Below, piece by piece: positions 13,656 through 28,200 of a stretch of 45,880 nucleotides of DNA. The notes under the pieces are model-generated. The model did not search any database, was not told the DNA's origin, and saw only the letters and a list, made by a program, of their open reading frames with translations. Made by a program: the position numbers and the translations under genes. This DNA comes from Nemertoderma westbladi. Taxonomy: Eukaryota > Animalia > Xenacoelomorpha. Numbering within the stretch: the stretch's first letter is position 1; every line of letters begins with the position of its first letter. The stretch covers positions 1-45,880 of the forward strand of contig JAUCBJ010000926.1 in the NCBI GenBank assembly GCA_032718475.1, read 5' to 3'.

Positions 13656-15060
13656 CTAAACATAAGAGATACCGTGAGTAACTACAGGAGGGCGTACCTA
13701 ATCATAAGAGATACCGTGAGTAACCGCAGGAGGGCGTACCTAAACATATGAGATACCGTGAGTAACCGCAGGAGGGCGTACCTAAACATAGGAGATTCAG
13801 TGAATAACCGCAAGAGGGCGCACCTAAACATAAGAGATATCGTGAGTAACCGCAGGAGGGCGTACCTAAACATAAGAGATTCAGTGAGTAACCGCAAGAG
13901 GGGGCACCTAAACATAAGATATATCGTGAGTAACCGCAGGAGGGCGTACCTAAACATAAGAGATCCAGTGAGTAACCGCAAGAGGGCGCACATAAACATG
14001 AGATATCGTGAGTAACCGCAGGAGGGCGTACCTAAACATAAAAGATTCAGTGAGTAACCGCAGGAGGGCGTACCTAATCATAAGAGATACCGTGAGTAAC
14101 CGCAGGAGGGCGTACCTAAACATAAGAGTTACCGTGAGTAACCGCAGGAGGGCGTACCTAAACATATGAGATACCGTGAGTAACAGCAGGAGGGCGTACC
14201 TAAACATAAGAGATATCGTGAGTAACCGCAGGAGGGCGTACCTAAAAATAAGAGATACCATGAGTAACCGCAGGAGGGCGTACCTAAACATATGAGATAC
14301 CGAGAGTAACCGCAGGAGGGCGTACCTAAACATAGGAGATTCAGTGAATAACCGCAAGAGGGCGCACCTAAACATAAGAGATATCGTGAGTAACCGCAGG
14401 AGGGCGTACCTAAACATAAGAGATTCAGTGAGTAACCGCAAGAGGGGGCACCTAAACATAAGATATATCGTGAGTAACCGCAGGAGGGCGTACCTAAACA
14501 TAAGAGATCCAGTGAGTAACCGCAAGAGGGCGCACATAAACATGAGATATCGTGAGTAACCGCAGGAGGGCGTACCTAAACATAAGAGATTCAGTGAGTA
14601 ACCGCAAGAGGGCGCACCTAAACATAAGATATATCGTGAGTAACCGCAGGAGGGCGTACCTAAACATAAGAGATACAGTGAGTAACCGCAGGAGGGCGTA
14701 CCTAAACATAAGAGATTCAGTGAGTAACCGCAAGAGGGGGCACCTAAACATAAGATATATCGTGAGTAACCGCAGGAGTGCGTACCTAAACATAAGAGAT
14801 ACCGTGAGTAACCGCAGGAGGGCGTACCTAAACATAAGAGATTCAGTGAGTAACCGCAGGAGGGCGTACCTAAACATAAGAGATTCAGTGAGTAACCGCA
14901 AGAGGGCGCACCTAAACATAAGAGATATCGCGAGTAACCGCAGGAGGGCGTACCTAAATATAAGAGATACGGGCGTACCTAAACATAAGACATTCAGTGA
15001 GAAACCGCAAGAGGGCGCACCTGAACATAAGAGATACCGTGAGTAACCGCAGGAGGGCGT
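13637..15060. repeat. 42-bp tandem satellite, ~34 copies, derived from the splice acceptor of the 13655 exon
   Basis: Minus-strand unit atctcttatgtttag|GTACGCCCTCCTGCGGTTactcacggt; contains a ~544-bp higher-order duplication. Confidence 0.95.
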
Positions 15061-15094
15061 CATATAATTTTATGACAGATTCTTATAAACTAAC

Positions 15095-15208
15095 CGAATC
15101 ATTAAATACAACTGAGGTTCGCTTAAACTCAGATTCCTAGCGACATTCCAAGTTAAATGAGCCATCGGAACAATCGATTTACACGAGTTGAGTTTGTTGA
15201 ATTCATAT
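15095..15208 (-). CDS. KDM6A: KDM6A/UTX-like exon ([38 protein letters not shown])
   Basis: tttttatcag acceptor, CG|GTTAGT donor; matches UTX [25 protein letters not shown]. Confidence 0.93.
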
Positions 15209-15844
15209 CTGATAAAAAAAAGTAAATATATAACGCTGATAATTCGATCAGCATAAAATATACCAACTTTGTTAAATTTATTATATGATGTTAGACAACC
15301 ACGACTTTAGAGGAGAGTTTTTATAACATTTTTATAAAATGTATTACTTAGACTTACCTTTTCGGCGGACAAAATGTCCTATATTTTTCGTAATTTATGG
15401 GATAGCCTATTTCGTGCAACACTTACCGGAACCTGTAGTTACTGTGTATGGTTTGGTGTAATTTTTCTTGTGGTAGTTGGGTTGGGTTATGTAGCACTAA
15501 AATCGATTTGGTATTTTGTTTTTTGATGGGCCTCAGTGCCTGAGTACTAACAGTGGCCCAAGTGGCCCTAAATGCTAGGTAGTATCTGAGGGAATAAGAC
15601 CCCATGTCCTATTTTATTGTTTTCATATTCAATTTATTAACAGAATTAAAAAATGTCGCAATATTAGTTACCATGGTTATATCTCATCGGAACTTGGTTG
15701 GTTGGTACCTTTGATGCAACAGAGCGACACGAGACGATACCTTATGTTGGCCTTTTAGAAAATAATTTTTATACCTTATGTTGGCCTTTTAGAAAATAAT
15801 TTTTAAAGTTTTTTTCATGAGAACCAACCCGTCTGCCTGCCTAC

Positions 15845-15982
15845 CTGTCTGTTGCGTTCTTGTAGACATAGGAACTGAGAGGTCCAACATTCCATGCTAT
15901 GTTGTTACACCAGCCGAGACTCTGCACCCAATGAACACAGGCTGTGTTCACCCAGACCATATCCCCGGGTCTTTGTGTGAAT
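15845..15982 (-). CDS. KDM6A: KDM6A/UTX-like JmjC exon ([35 protein letters not shown]), includes the third Fe-binding His
   Basis: ttccacag acceptor, AG|GTAGGC donor; near identical to [38 protein letters not shown]. Confidence 0.95.
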
Positions 15983-15998
15983 CTGTGGAAGGTTTAGG

Positions 15999-18900
15999 GA
16001 AAAAGTGAGAGAGATACAAGGGGAAATACGAAAAAGTGAGAGAGATACAAGGGGAAATACTAAAAAGTAAGAGAGATACAAGGGAAAATACGAAAAAGTG
16101 AAAGATACAAGGGGAAATACAAAAAAGTGAGAGAGATACAAGGGGAAATGCGAAAAAGTGAGAGATACAAAGGGAAATACAAAAAAGTGAGAGAGATACA
16201 AGGGGAAATACGAAAAAGTGAGAGAGATACAAGGGGAAATACGAAAAAGTGAGAGAGATACAAGGGGAAATACGAAAAAGTGAGAAAGATACAAGGGGAA
16301 ATACGAAAAAGTGTGAGAGATACAAGGGGAAATACGAAAAAGTGAGAGAGATACAAGGGGAAATACGAAAAAGTGAGAGAGATACAAGGGGAAATACGAA
16401 AAAGTGAGAAAGATACAAGGGGAAATACGAAAAAGTGAGAGAGATACAAGGGGAAATACGAAAAAGTGAGAAAGATACAAGGGGAAATTTGAAAAAGTTA
16501 GAGAGATACAAGGGGAAATACGAAAAAGGGAGAGAGATACAAGGGGAAATAGGACAACGTGTGAGAGATACAATGGGGGATACGAAAAAGTGAGAGAGAT
16601 ACAAGGGGAAATACGAAAAAGTGAGAGAGATACAAGGGGAAATACGAAAAAGTGAGAGAGATACCAGGGGAAATACGAAAAAGTGAGAGAGATACAAGGG
16701 GAAATACGAAAAAGTGAGAGAGATACAAGGGGAAATACGAAAAAGTAAGAGAGATACAAGGGGAAATACGAAAAAGTGAGAAAGATACAAGGGGAAATAC
16801 GAAAAAGTGAGAGAGATACAAGGGGAAATACGAAAAAGTGAGAAAGATACAAGGGGAAATTTGAAAAAGTGAGAGAGATACAAGGGGAAATAAGAAAATG
16901 TCTGAGAGATACAAGGGGAAATACAGTCTAAAATCATACGGATACAATGTTATAACAACCTTTATACTGGTACACTGTTGTACCAACCTGTATACTGGTA
17001 CAGGTACACTGTTGTACCAACCTGTATACTGGTACAGGTACACTGTTGTACCAACCCGTATACTGGTACAGGTAAACTGTTGTATCAACCTGTATACTGG
17101 TACAGGTACACTGTTGTACCGACCTGTATACTGGTACAGGTACACTGTTGTACCAACCTGTATACTGGTACAGGTAAACTGTTGTACCAACCTGTATACT
17201 GGTACAGGTACACTGTTGTACCGACCTGTATACTGGTACAGGTACACTGTTGTACCAACCTGTATACTGGTACAGGTACACTGTTGTACCAACCTGTATA
17301 CTGGTACAGGTACACTGTTGTACCAACCCGTATACTGGTACAGGTAAACTGTTGTATCAACCTGTATACTGGTACAGGTACACTGTTGTACCGACCTGTA
17401 TACTGGTACAGGTACACTGTTGTACCGACCTGTATACTGGTACAGGTACACTGTTGTACCAACCTGTATACTGGTACAGGTAAACTGTTGTACCAACCTG
17501 TATACTGGTACAGGTACACTGTTGTACCAACCTGTATACTGGTACAGGTAAACTGTTGTATCAACCTGTATACTGGTACAGGTACACTGTTGTACCGACC
17601 TGTATACTGGTACAGGTACACTGTTGTACCAACCCGTATACTGGTACAGGTACACTGTTGTACCAACCTGTATACTGGTACAGGTACACTGTTGTAACAA
17701 CCTGTATACTGGTACAGGTAAACTGTTGTATCAACCTGTATACTGGTACAGGTACACTGTTGTACCAACCTGTATACTGGTACAGGTACACTGTTGTACC
17801 AACCTGTATACTGGTATAGGTACACTGTTGTACCAACCTGTATACTGGTATAGGTACACTGTTGTACCAACCTGTATACTGGTATTATAGGTACACTGTT
17901 GTACCAACCTGTATGCTGGTATAGGTACACTGTTGTACCAACCTGTATAATGGTGCAATGTTGTACCAACCTGTATACTGGTACACTGTTGTACCAACCT
18001 GTATACTGGTACACTGTCGAACCAACCTGTATACTGGTACACCGTTGAACCAACCTGTATACTGGTACACTGATGTACCAACCTGTATGGTACACTGATG
18101 TACCAACCTGTATGGTACACTGATGTACCAACCTGTATACTGGTACACTGTCGTACCAACCTTAATACTGGTACAGTGATACAGAGATACAGGGGAAATA
18201 CGAAAATGTGAGAGAGATACAAGGGGAAATACGAAAACGTGTGAGAGATACAAGGGGGAATACAAAAAGGTGAGAGAGAAACAAGGGGGAATACGAAAAA
18301 GTGAGAGAGATACAAGGGGAAATACGAAAAAGTGAGAGAGATACAAGGGGAAATACGAAAAAGTGAGAGAGATACAAGGGGAAATACGAAAAAGTGAGAA
18401 AGATACAAGGGGAAATTCGAAAAAGTGAGAGAGATACAAGGGGAAATACGAAAAAGTGAGAGAGATTCAAGGGGAAATACGAGAAAGTGAGAGAGATACA
18501 AGGGGAAATACGAAAAAGTGAGAGAGATACAACGGGAAATACGAAAAAGTGAGAGAGATACAAGGGGAAATATGAAAAGTGAGAAAGATACAAGGGGAAA
18601 TACGAAAAAGTGAGAAAGATACAAGGGGAAATACGAAAAAGTGAGAAAGATACAAGGGGAAATTCGAAAAAGTGAGAGAGATACAAGGGGAAATAAGGAA
18701 AAGTCTGAGGGATACAAGGGGAAATAAGAAAAAGTCTGAGAGATACAAGGGGAAATACGGTCTAAAATAATACGGATACAATGTTATACCAACCTTTATA
18801 CTGGTACACTGTTGTACCAACCTGTATACTGGTACAGGTACACTGTTGTACCAACCTGTATACTGGTACAGGTAAACTGTTGTATCAACCTGTATACTGG

Positions 18901-21900
18901 TACAGGTACACTGTTGTACCAACCTGTATACTGGTACAGGTACACTGTTGTACCAACCTGTATACTGGTATAGGTAGGTACACTGTTGTACCAACCTGTA
19001 TACTGGTATAGGTACACTGTTGTACCAACCTGTATAATGGTACACTGTTGTACCAACCTGTATACTGGTACAATGTTGTACCCACCTATATACTGGTACA
19101 CTGTCGTACCAAACTGTATACTGGTATACTGTTGTACCAACCTGTATACTGGTACACCGTTGAACCAACCTGTATACTGGTACATTGATGTACCAACCTG
19201 TATGGTACACTGATGTGCAAACCTGTATACTGGTATACTGTCGTACCAACCTTAATACTGGTACAGTGATACAGAGATACAGGGGAAATACGAAAATGTG
19301 AGAGAGATACAAGGGGAAATACGAAAACGTGTGAGAGATACAAGGGGGAATACGAAAAAGTGAGAGAGATACAAGGGGAAATACGAAAAAGTGAGAGATA
19401 CAAGGGGAAATACGAAAAAGTGAGAGAGATACAAGGGGAAATACGAAAAAGTGAGAGAGATACAAGGGGAAATACGAAAAAGTGAGAGAGATACAAGGGG
19501 AAATACGAAAAAGTGAGAAAGATACAAGGGGAAAGGCGAAAAAGTGAGAGAGATACAAGGGGAAATAGGACAACGTGTGAGAGATACAAGGGGGAATACG
19601 AAAAGGTGAGAGAGATACAAGGGGAAATACGAAAAAGTGAGAAAGATACAAGGTGGAATACGAAAACGTGTGAGAGATACAAGGGGAAATACGAAAAAGT
19701 GAGAGAGATACAAGGGGAAATACGAAAAAGTGAGAGATACAAGGGGAAATACGAAAAAGTGAGAGAGATACAAGGGGAAATACGAAAAAGTGAGAGATAC
19801 AAGGGGAAATACGAAAAAGTGAGAGAGATACAAGGGGAAATACGAAAAAGTGAGAGAGATACAAGGGGAAATACGAAAAAGTGAGAGAGATACAAGGGGA
19901 AATACGAAAAAGTGAGAAAGATACAAGGGGAAATGCGAAAAAGTGAGAGAGATACAAGGGGAAATAGGACAACGTGTGAGAGATACAAGGGGGAATACGA
20001 AAACGTGTGAGAGATACAAGGGGGAATACGAAAAGGTGAGAGAGATACAAGGGGAATACGAAAAAGTGAGAAAGATACAAGGGGAAATACGAAAAAGTGT
20101 GAGAGATACAAGGGGAAATAAGAAAAAGTCTGAGGGATACAAGGGGGAATACGAAAAAGTGAGAGAGATACAAGGATAAATACGATAAGTGAGAGAGATA
20201 CAAGGGGAAATATGAAAACGTGAGAGAGATACAAGGGGAAATACGAAAAAGTGAGACAGATACAAGGGGAAATACGAAAAAGTGAGAAAGATACAAGGGG
20301 AAATGCGAAAAAGTGAGAGAGATACAAGGGGAAATGCGAAAAAGTGAGAGAGATACAAGGGGGAATACGAAAACGTGTGAGAGATACAAGGAGAAATACG
20401 ATAAGTGAGAGAGATACAAGGGGAAATATGAAAACGTGAGAGAGATACAAGGGGAAATACGAAAAGGTGAGAGAGATACAAGGGGAAATAAGAAAAAGTC
20501 TGAGGGATACAAGGGAAAATAAGAAAAAGTCTGAGAGATACAAGGGGAAATACAGTCTAAAATCATACGGATACAATGTTATACCAACCTTTTTACTGGT
20601 ACACTGTTGTACCAACCTGTATACTGGTACAGGTACACTGTTGTACCAACCTGTATACTGGTACAGGTACACTGTTGTACCAACCTGTATACTGGTACTG
20701 GTACACTGTTGTACCAACCTGTATACTGGTACATGTACACTGTTGTACCAACCTGTATACTGGTACAGGTACACTGTTGTACCAACCTGTATACTGGTAC
20801 AGGTACACTGTTGTACCAACCTGTATAATGGTACACTGTTGTACCAACCTGTATACTGGTACAATGTTGTACCAACCTGTATACTGGTACAGGTACACTG
20901 TTGTACCAACCTGTATAATGGTACACTGTTGTACCAACCTGTATACTGGTACACCGTTGAACCAACCTGTATACTGGTACACTGTCGTACCAACCAGTAT
21001 ACTGGTACACTGATGTACCAACCTGTATACTGGTACACTGTCGTACCAACCTTAATACTGGTACAGTGATGTACCAACCTGTATACTGGTACACCGCTGA
21101 ACCAACCTGTATACTGGTACACTAATGTACCAACCTGTATACTGGTACTCTGATGTACCAACCTGTATGGTAGACTAATGTACCAACCTGTATAATGGTA
21201 CACTGTTGTACGAACCCGTATGGTACACTGATGTACCAACCTGTATACTGGTACACTGTTGTACGAACCCGTATGGTACACTGATGTACCAACCTGTATA
21301 CTGGTACACTGTTGTACGAACCCGTATGGTACACTGATGTACCAACCTGTATAATGGTACACTGTTGTACGAACCCGTATGGTACACTGATGTACCAACC
21401 TGTATACTGGTACACTGTCGTACCAACCTGTATACTGGTACACCGTTGAACCAACCTGTATACTGGTACACTAATGTACCAACCTGTATACTGGTACTCT
21501 GATGTACCAACCTGTATGGTAGACTAATGTACCAACCTGTATAATGGTACACTGTTGTACGAACCCGTATGGTACACTGATGTACCAACCTGTATACTGG
21601 TACACTGTTGTACCAACCTGTATACTGGTACACTGATGTACCAACCTGTATGGTACACTGATGTACCAACCTGTATGGAACATTGATGTACCAACCTGTA
21701 TGGTACACTGATGCACCAACCTGTATACTGGTACACCGTTGAACCAACCTGTATACTGGTCTGGTACACTGATGTACCAACCTGTATGGTACACTGATGG
21801 AAGGTGGAATGGTTGTTGGAACTGGGGAAGGTGGAACTGTTGTTGGAACTGGGGAAGGTGGAATGGTTGCTTGAACTGGAGAAGGTGGAATGGTTGTTGG

Positions 21901-22717
21901 AACTGGGGAAGGTGGCGTGGTTGTTGGAACTGGGGAAGGTGGAATGGTTGTTGGAACTGGGGAAGGTGGAATGGTTGTTGGAACTGGGAAGGTGGAATGG
22001 TTGTTGGAACTGGGGAAGGTGGAGTGGTTGTTGAAACTGGGGAAGGTGGAATGGTTGTTGTAACTGGGGAAGGTGGAATGGTTGTTGGAACTGGGGAAGG
22101 TGGAACGGTTGTTGGAACTGGGGAAGGTGGAATGGTTGCTTGAACTGTAGAAGGTGGAATGGTTGTTGGAACTGGGGAAGGTGGCGTGGTTGTTGGAACT
22201 GGGGAAGGTGGAATGGTTGTTGGAACTGGGGAAGGTAGAATGGTTGTTGAAACTGGGGAAGGTGGAATGGTTGCTGGAACTGGGGAAGGTGGAATGGTTG
22301 TTGGAACTGGGGAAGGTGCAATGGTTGTTGGAACTGGAGAAGGTGGAATGGTTGTTGGAACTGGGGAAGGTGGAATGGTTGCTGGAACTGGGGAAGGTGG
22401 AATGGTTGTTGGAACTGGGGAAGGTGCAATGGTTGTTGGAACTGGAGAAGGTGGAATGGTTGTTGGAACTGGGGAAGGTGGAACGGTTGTTGGAACTGGG
22501 GAAGGTGGAATGGTTGTTGAAACTGGGGAAGGTGGAATGGTTGTTGGAACTGGGGAAGGTGGCGTGGCGTGCCAGAGATACAAGGGGAAATATGAAAACG
22601 TGAGAGAGATACAAGGGGAAATACGAAAAGGTGAGAAAGATACAAGGGGAAATAAGAAAAAGTCTGAGGGATACAAGGGGAAATAAGAAAAAGTCTGAGA
22701 GATACAAGGGGAAATAC
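15999..22717. repeat. 30-bp purine-rich satellite (type A), in blocks ~15999-16923, 18180-18757, 19271-20552, 22573-22717
   Basis: Unit aaaagtgagagagatacaaggggaaatacg; on the minus strand it is a pyrimidine tract abutting the acceptor at 15983. Confidence 0.93.
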
Positions 22718-25700
22718 AGTCTAAAATCATACGGATACAATGTTATACCAACCTTTATACTGGTACACTGCTGTACCAACCTGTATACTGGTACAGGTAC
22801 ACTGTTGTACCAACCTGTATACTGGTACAGTGATGTACCAATCTGTATACTGGTACATTGATGTACCAACCTGTATACAGGTACAGGTACACCGCCGTAC
22901 CAACCTGTATACTGGTACACTGATGTACCAACCTGTATACTGGTACACTGTCGTACCAACCTGTATACTGGTACACTGATGTACCAACCTGTATACTGGT
23001 ACAGGTACACTGCCGTAATCAACCTGCATACTGGTACACTGATTTACCAACCTGTATACTGGTACACTGTCGTACCAACCTGTATACTTGTACACTGATG
23101 TACCAACCTGTATACTGGTACACTGATGTACCAACCTGTATACTGGTACAGGTACACTGTTGTACCAACCTGTATACTGGTACAGGTAAACTGTTGTATC
23201 AACCTGTATACTGGTACAGGTACACTGTTGTACCGACCTGTATACTGGTACAGGTGCACTGTTGTACCAACCCGTATACTGGTACAGGTACACTGTTGTA
23301 CCAACCTGTATACTGGTACAGGTACACTGTTGTACCAACCTGTATACTGGTACAGGTACACTGTTGTACCAACCTGTATACTGGTACAGGTACACTGTTG
23401 TACCAACCTGTATACTGGTACAGGTACACTGTTGTACCAACCTGTATACTGGTACAGGTACACTGTTGTACCAACCTGTATACTGGTACAGGTACACTGT
23501 TGTACCAACCTGTATACTGGTACAGGTACACTGTTGTACCAACCTGTATAATGGTACACTGTTGTACCAACCTGTATACTGGTGCAATGTTGTACCAACC
23601 TGTATACAGGTACAGGTACACCGCCGTACCAACCTGTATACTGGTACACTGATGTACCAACCTGTATACTGGTACACTGTTGTACCAACCTGTATACTGG
23701 TACACCGTTGAACCAACCTGTATACTGGTACACTGTAGTACCAACCAGTATACTGGTACACTGATGTACCAACCTGTATACTGGTACATCGTTGAACCAA
23801 CCTGTATACTGGTACAGTGATGTACCAACCTGTATACTAGTACACCGTTGAACCAACCTGTATACTGGTACACTGATGTACCAACCTGTATACTGGTACT
23901 CTGATGTACCAACCTGTATGGTAGACTAATGTACCAACCTGTATAATGGTACACTGTTGTACGAACCTGTATGGTACACTGCTGTACCAACCTGTATACT
24001 GGTACACTGTTGTACCAACCTGTATACTGGTACACTGATGTACCAACCTGTATACTGGTACACCGTTGAACCAACCTGTATACTGGTACACTGTCGTACC
24101 AACCAGTATACTGGTACACTGATGTACCAACCTGTATACTGGTACACCGTTGAACCAACCTGTATACTGGTACAGTGATGTACCAACCTGTATACTGGTA
24201 CACCGTTGAACCAACCTGTATACTGGTACACTGATGTACCAACCTGTATACTGGTACTCTGATGTACCAACCTGTATGGTAGACTAATGTACCAACCTGT
24301 ATAATGGTACACTGTTGTACGAACCTGTATGGTACACTGATGTACCAACCTGTATACTGGTACACCGTTAAACCAACCTGTATACTGGTACACTGTCGTA
24401 CCAACCAGTATACTGGTACACTGATGTACCAACCTGTATACTGGTACACCGTTGTACCAACCTGTATACTGGTACACTGTTGTACCAACCTGGATACTGG
24501 TACTCTGATGTACCAACCTGTATGGTAGACTAATGTACCAACCTGTATAATGGTACACTGTTGTACAAACCTGTATGGTACACTAATGTACCAACCTGTA
24601 TACTGGTACACCGTTGAACCAATCTGTATACTGGTACACTGTCGTACCAACCAGTATACTGGTACACTGATGTACCAACCTGTATACTGGTACACCGTTG
24701 AACCAACCTGTATACTGGTACACTGTCGTACCAACCAGTATACTGGTACACTGATGTACCAACCTGTATACTGGTACACCGTTGTACCAACCTGTATACT
24801 GGTACACCGTTGAACCAACCTGTATACTGGTACACTGATGTACCAACCTGTATACTGGTACTCTGATGTACCAACCTGTATGGTAGACTAATGTACCAAC
24901 CTGTATAATGGTACACTGTTGTACGAACCTGTATGGTACACTGATGTACCAACCTGTATACTGGTACACTGTTGTACCAACCTGTATACTGGTACACTGA
25001 TGTACCAACCTGTATGGTACACTGATGTACCAACCTGTATGGTACATTGATGTACCAACCTGTATGGTACACTGATGCACCAACCTGTATACTGGTACAC
25101 CGTCGAACCAACCTGTATACTGGTCTGGTACACTGATGTACCAACCTGTATCCTGGTACACTGTTGTACCAGCCTGTATACTGGTACACTGATGTACCAA
25201 CCTGTATGGTACACTGATGTACCAACCTGTATACTGGTACACCGTTGAACCAACCTGTATACTGGTACACTGATGTACCAACCTATATGGTACACTGATG
25301 TACCAACCTGTATACTGGTACACTGTTGTACCAAAATGTATACTGGTACACTGATGTACCAACCTGTATGGTACACTGATGTACCAACCTGTATGGTACA
25401 CTGATGTACCAACCTGTATACTGGTACACCGTTGTACCAACCTGTATACTGGTACACAGATGTACCAACCTGTATGGTACACTGATGTACCAACTTGTAT
25501 ACAGGTACACTGATGTACCAACCTGTATACTGGTATACTGATGTACCAACCTGTATACTGGTACACTGTTGTACAAACCTGTATACTGGTACACTGTTGT
25601 ACGAACCTGTATACTGGTACACTGTCGTACCAACCTGTATACTGGTACAGTGATGTACCAACCTGTATACTGGTGCAATGTTGTACCAACCTGTATACAG

Positions 25701-28200
25701 GTACAGGTACACCGCCGTACCAACCTGTATACTGGTACACTGATGTACCAACCTGTATACTGGTACACTGTTGTACCAACATCTATACTGGTACAGGTAC
25801 ACCGCCGTACCAACCTGTATACTGGTACACTGATGTTCCAACCTGTATACTGGTACACTGATGCACCAACCTGTATGGTACACTGATGTGCCAACCTGTA
25901 TACTGGTACACTGATGTACCAACCTGTATGGTACACTGATGTACCAACTTGTATACTGGTACACTGTCGTACCAACCTGTATACTGGTACACTGTTGTAC
26001 CAACCTGTATACTGGTACACTGTTGTACGAACCTGTATACTGGTACACTGATGTACCAAACTGTATACTGGTACATTGATGTACCAACCTGTATACTGGT
26101 ACACTGATGTACCAACCTGTATACAGGTACACTGTTGTACCAACCTGTATACTGGTACAGTGATGTACCAACCTGTATACTGGTACATTGATGTACAAAC
26201 CTGTATACAGGTACAGGTACACCGCCGTACCAACCTGTATACTGGTACACTGATGTACCAACCTGTATACTGGTACACTGTTGTACCAACCTCTATACTG
26301 GTACACTGATGTACCAACCTGTATACTGGTACACTGTTGTACCAACCTGTATACTGGTACAGTGATGTACCAACCTGTATACTGGTACACTGTTGTACCA
26401 ACCTCTATACTGGTACACTGATGTTCCAACCTGTATACTGGTACACTGATGTACCAACCTGTATGGTACACTGATGTGCCAACCTGTATACTGGTACACT
26501 GATGTACCAACCTGTATGGTACACTGATGTACCAACCTGTATACTGGTACTGATGTACCAACCTGTATACTGGTACAGTGTCGTACCAACCTGTATACTG
26601 ATACACTGTTGTACCAACCTGTATACTGGTACACTGTAGAACCAACCTGTATACTGGTACACTGTTGTACCAACCTGTATACTGGTACAGTGATGTACCA
26701 ATCTGTATACTGGTACATTGATGTACCAACCTGTATACAGGTACAGGTACACCGCCGTACCAACCTGTATACTGGTACACTGATGTACCAACCTGTATAC
26801 TGGTACACTGTCGTACCAACCTGTATACTGGTAGTGATGTACCAACCTGTATACTGGTACACTGATGTACCAACCTGTATACTGGTACACTGTCGTACCA
26901 ACCTGTATACTGGTACACTGATGTACCAACCTGTATACTGGTACAGGTACACTGCCGTAATCAACCTGCATACTGGTACACTGATTTACCAACCTGTATA
27001 CTGGTACACTGTCGTACCAACCTGTATACTGGTACACGGTTGTACCAACCTGTATACTGGTACACTGTTGTACCAACCTGGATACTGGTACACTGATGTA
27101 CCAACCTGTATACTGGTACACTGATGTACCAACCTGTATACTGGTACAGGTACACTGCCGTACCAACCTGTATACTGGTACACTGATGTACCAACCTGTA
27201 TACTGGTACACTGTCGTACCAACCTGTATACTTGTACACTGATGTACCAACCTGTATACTGGTACACTGATGTACCAACCTGTATACTGGTACAGGTACA
27301 CTGCCGTACCAACCTGTATATTGGTACACTGATGTACCAAACTGTATCCTGGTACACTTTTGTTGTACCAATCTATATACTGGTACATTGATGTACCAAC
27401 CTGTATACTGGTACACTGATGTACCAACCTGTATACTGGTACACTGTCGTACCAACCTGTATACTGGTACACTGATGTACCAACCTGTATACTGGTACAG
27501 GTACACTGCCGTAATCAACCTGCATACTGGTACACTGATTTACCAACCTGTATACTGGTACACTGTCGTACCAACCTGTATACTTGTACACTGATGTACC
27601 AACCTGTATACTGGTACACTGATGTACCAACCTGTATACTGGTACAGGTACACTGCCGTACCAACCTGTATATTGGTACACTGATGTACCAAACTGTATC
27701 CTGGTACACTTTTGTTGTACCAATCTATATACTGGTACATTGATGTACCAACCTGTATACTGGTACAGTGATGTACCAACCTGTATACTGGTACAGTGAT
27801 GTACCAACCTGTATACTGGTACAGGTACACTGATGTACCAACCTGTATACAGGTACAGGTACACCGCCGTACCAACCTGTATACTGGTACACTGCCGTAC
27901 CAACCTGTATACTGGTACAGGTAAACTGTTGTATCAACCTGTATACTGGTACAGGTACACTGCCGTACCAACCTGTATACTGGTACAGGTAAACTGTTGT
28001 ATCAACCTGTATACTGGTACAGGTACACTGCCGTACCAACCTGTATACTGGTACACTGATGTACCAACCTGTATACTGGTACAGTGATGTACCAACCTGT
28101 ATACTGGTACATTGATGTACCAACCTGTATAGTGTATACTGGTACAGTGATGTACCAACCTGTATACTGGTACTGTTTTACCAACCTGTATACTGGTACA
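16961..28200. repeat. 28/34-bp satellite (type B) derived from the splice donor of the 28186 exon, in blocks ~16961-18178, 18796-19270, 20590-21797, 22745-28200
   Basis: Minus-strand unit GTACCAGTATACAG|GTTGGTACAACAGT(GTACCT); the core is identical to the exon end VPVYR|gttggta. Confidence 0.95.
21798..22566. repeat. 27-bp G-rich satellite (type C), ~28 copies, embedded in the compound array
   Basis: Unit ggaaggtggaatggttgttggaactgg. Confidence 0.93.

Noticed and set aside
13682-15063. Repetitive ORFs (FRYALLRLLT / NRRRAYLNIR)
   Set aside because: Translations of the 42-bp intronic satellite; only the terminal copy is exonic.
15739-15803. ~32-bp direct duplication
   Set aside because: Two-copy local duplication with no junction overlap or other structure.
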